DNA of 64,000 nucleotides from Escherichia coli 042 (GTDB lineage Bacteria; Pseudomonadota; Gammaproteobacteria; Enterobacterales; Enterobacteriaceae): NCBI RefSeq assembly GCF_000027125.1, contig NC_017626.1; one strand, 5' to 3'. Shown piece by piece: positions 63,555 to 64,000 of this stretch (position 1 is its first letter; each line of letters starts with the position of its first letter). The notes under the pieces were generated by a model. It saw only the letters and a program-made list of their open reading frames with translations, ran no database searches and was not told where the DNA came from. The position numbers and the translations under genes were made by a program.

Positions 63555-64000
63555 ATGTCTAATAAAATCTTTACGCATTCCCTACCTATGCGCTATGCCG
63601 ATTTTCCAACGCTGGTTGATGCTTTGGACTACGCCGCTCTGAGTAGCGCCGGAATGAATTTTTATGACAGACGTTGCCAACTTGAAGATCAACTGGAATA
63701 TCAGACGTTAAAAGCGCGTGCCGAAGCTGGTGCGAAGCGGTTGTTATCGCTGAACCTGAAAAAAGGCGATCGCGTGGCACTGATTGCCGAAACAAGTAGC
63801 GAGTTCGTAGAGGCTTTTTTTGCCTGCCAGTATGCCGGCTTAGTCGCCGTCCCGTTGGCGATTCCAATGGGCGTTGGTCAGCGGGATTCCTGGAGCGCCA
63901 AATTGCAGGGTTTACTGGCAAGTTGCCAGCCCGCAGCCATTATCACTGGTGATGAGTGGTTGCCACTGGTCAATGCCGCGACGCATGACAACCCCGAATT
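63555..64000 (+). CDS. AMP-dependent synthetase/ligase (fatty acyl-AMP ligase-like), 5' partial, runs off the window
   Basis: ATG at 63555; translation MSNKIFTHSLPMRYADFPTLVDALDYAALSSAGMNFYDRR...GDRVALIAETSSEFVEAFFACQYAGLVAVPL typical of FAAL N-termini. Not in the ORF track because there is no stop within the window. Confidence 0.6.
   Translation, partial: MSNKIFTHSLPMRYADFPTLVDALDYAALSSAGMNFYDRRCQLEDQLEYQTLKARAEAGAKRLLSLNLKKGDRVALIAETSSEFVEAFFACQYAGLVAVPLAIPMGVGQRDSWSAKLQGLLASCQPAAIITGDEWLPLVNAATHDNPE

Noticed and set aside
1..64000. Search for CRISPR arrays, rRNA and tRNA genes
   Set aside because: No regularly spaced short direct repeats and no rRNA- or tRNA-like segments were seen by eye; a tRNAscan-SE/Infernal run would be needed to be certain.

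Overview
The window reads as an Escherichia coli chromosomal segment (ExPEC-like) with four blocks; no rRNA, tRNA or CRISPR array was found. All identifications are by eye from the translated ORFs and remembered family signatures; no database search was run. (1) 1..~18.1 kb: an IS-scrambled remnant of a CP4-57/CP4-44-like integrative element. It contains a nested IS30-in-IS600-like insertion, a YfjJ/YagK-like gene, a YeeP/YfjP-like GTPase, a WYL regulator, DUF932, antirestriction, RadC-like, YeeT, the CbeA/CbtA type IV toxin-antitoxin pair, YeeW and an IS110-family transposase fragment. Between the YfjJ-like gene and the GTPase sits an AT-rich cargo slot with two uncharacterised ORFs (176 aa and 407 aa); this is my best candidate for an undescribed system, possibly anti-phage. 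(2) 18.1..34.6 kb: a group 2 capsule (kps) locus, kpsFEDUCS (+), an AT-rich serotype-specific region 2 of three genes (-), and kpsMT (-) with an ops element upstream of kpsM. Region 2 is not K1 or K5; its content suggests a Kdo-containing, possibly pentose-containing, O-acetylated polymer. (3) 35.6..52.1 kb: a type II secretion operon gspC-M (-), yghG pilotin, pppA prepilin peptidase and the secreted lipoprotein metalloprotease YghJ/SslE. (4) 52.6..64.0 kb: glycolate operon glcDEFGBA (-), glcC (+), yghO (-) and the 5' end of an AMP-binding ligase gene running off the window.
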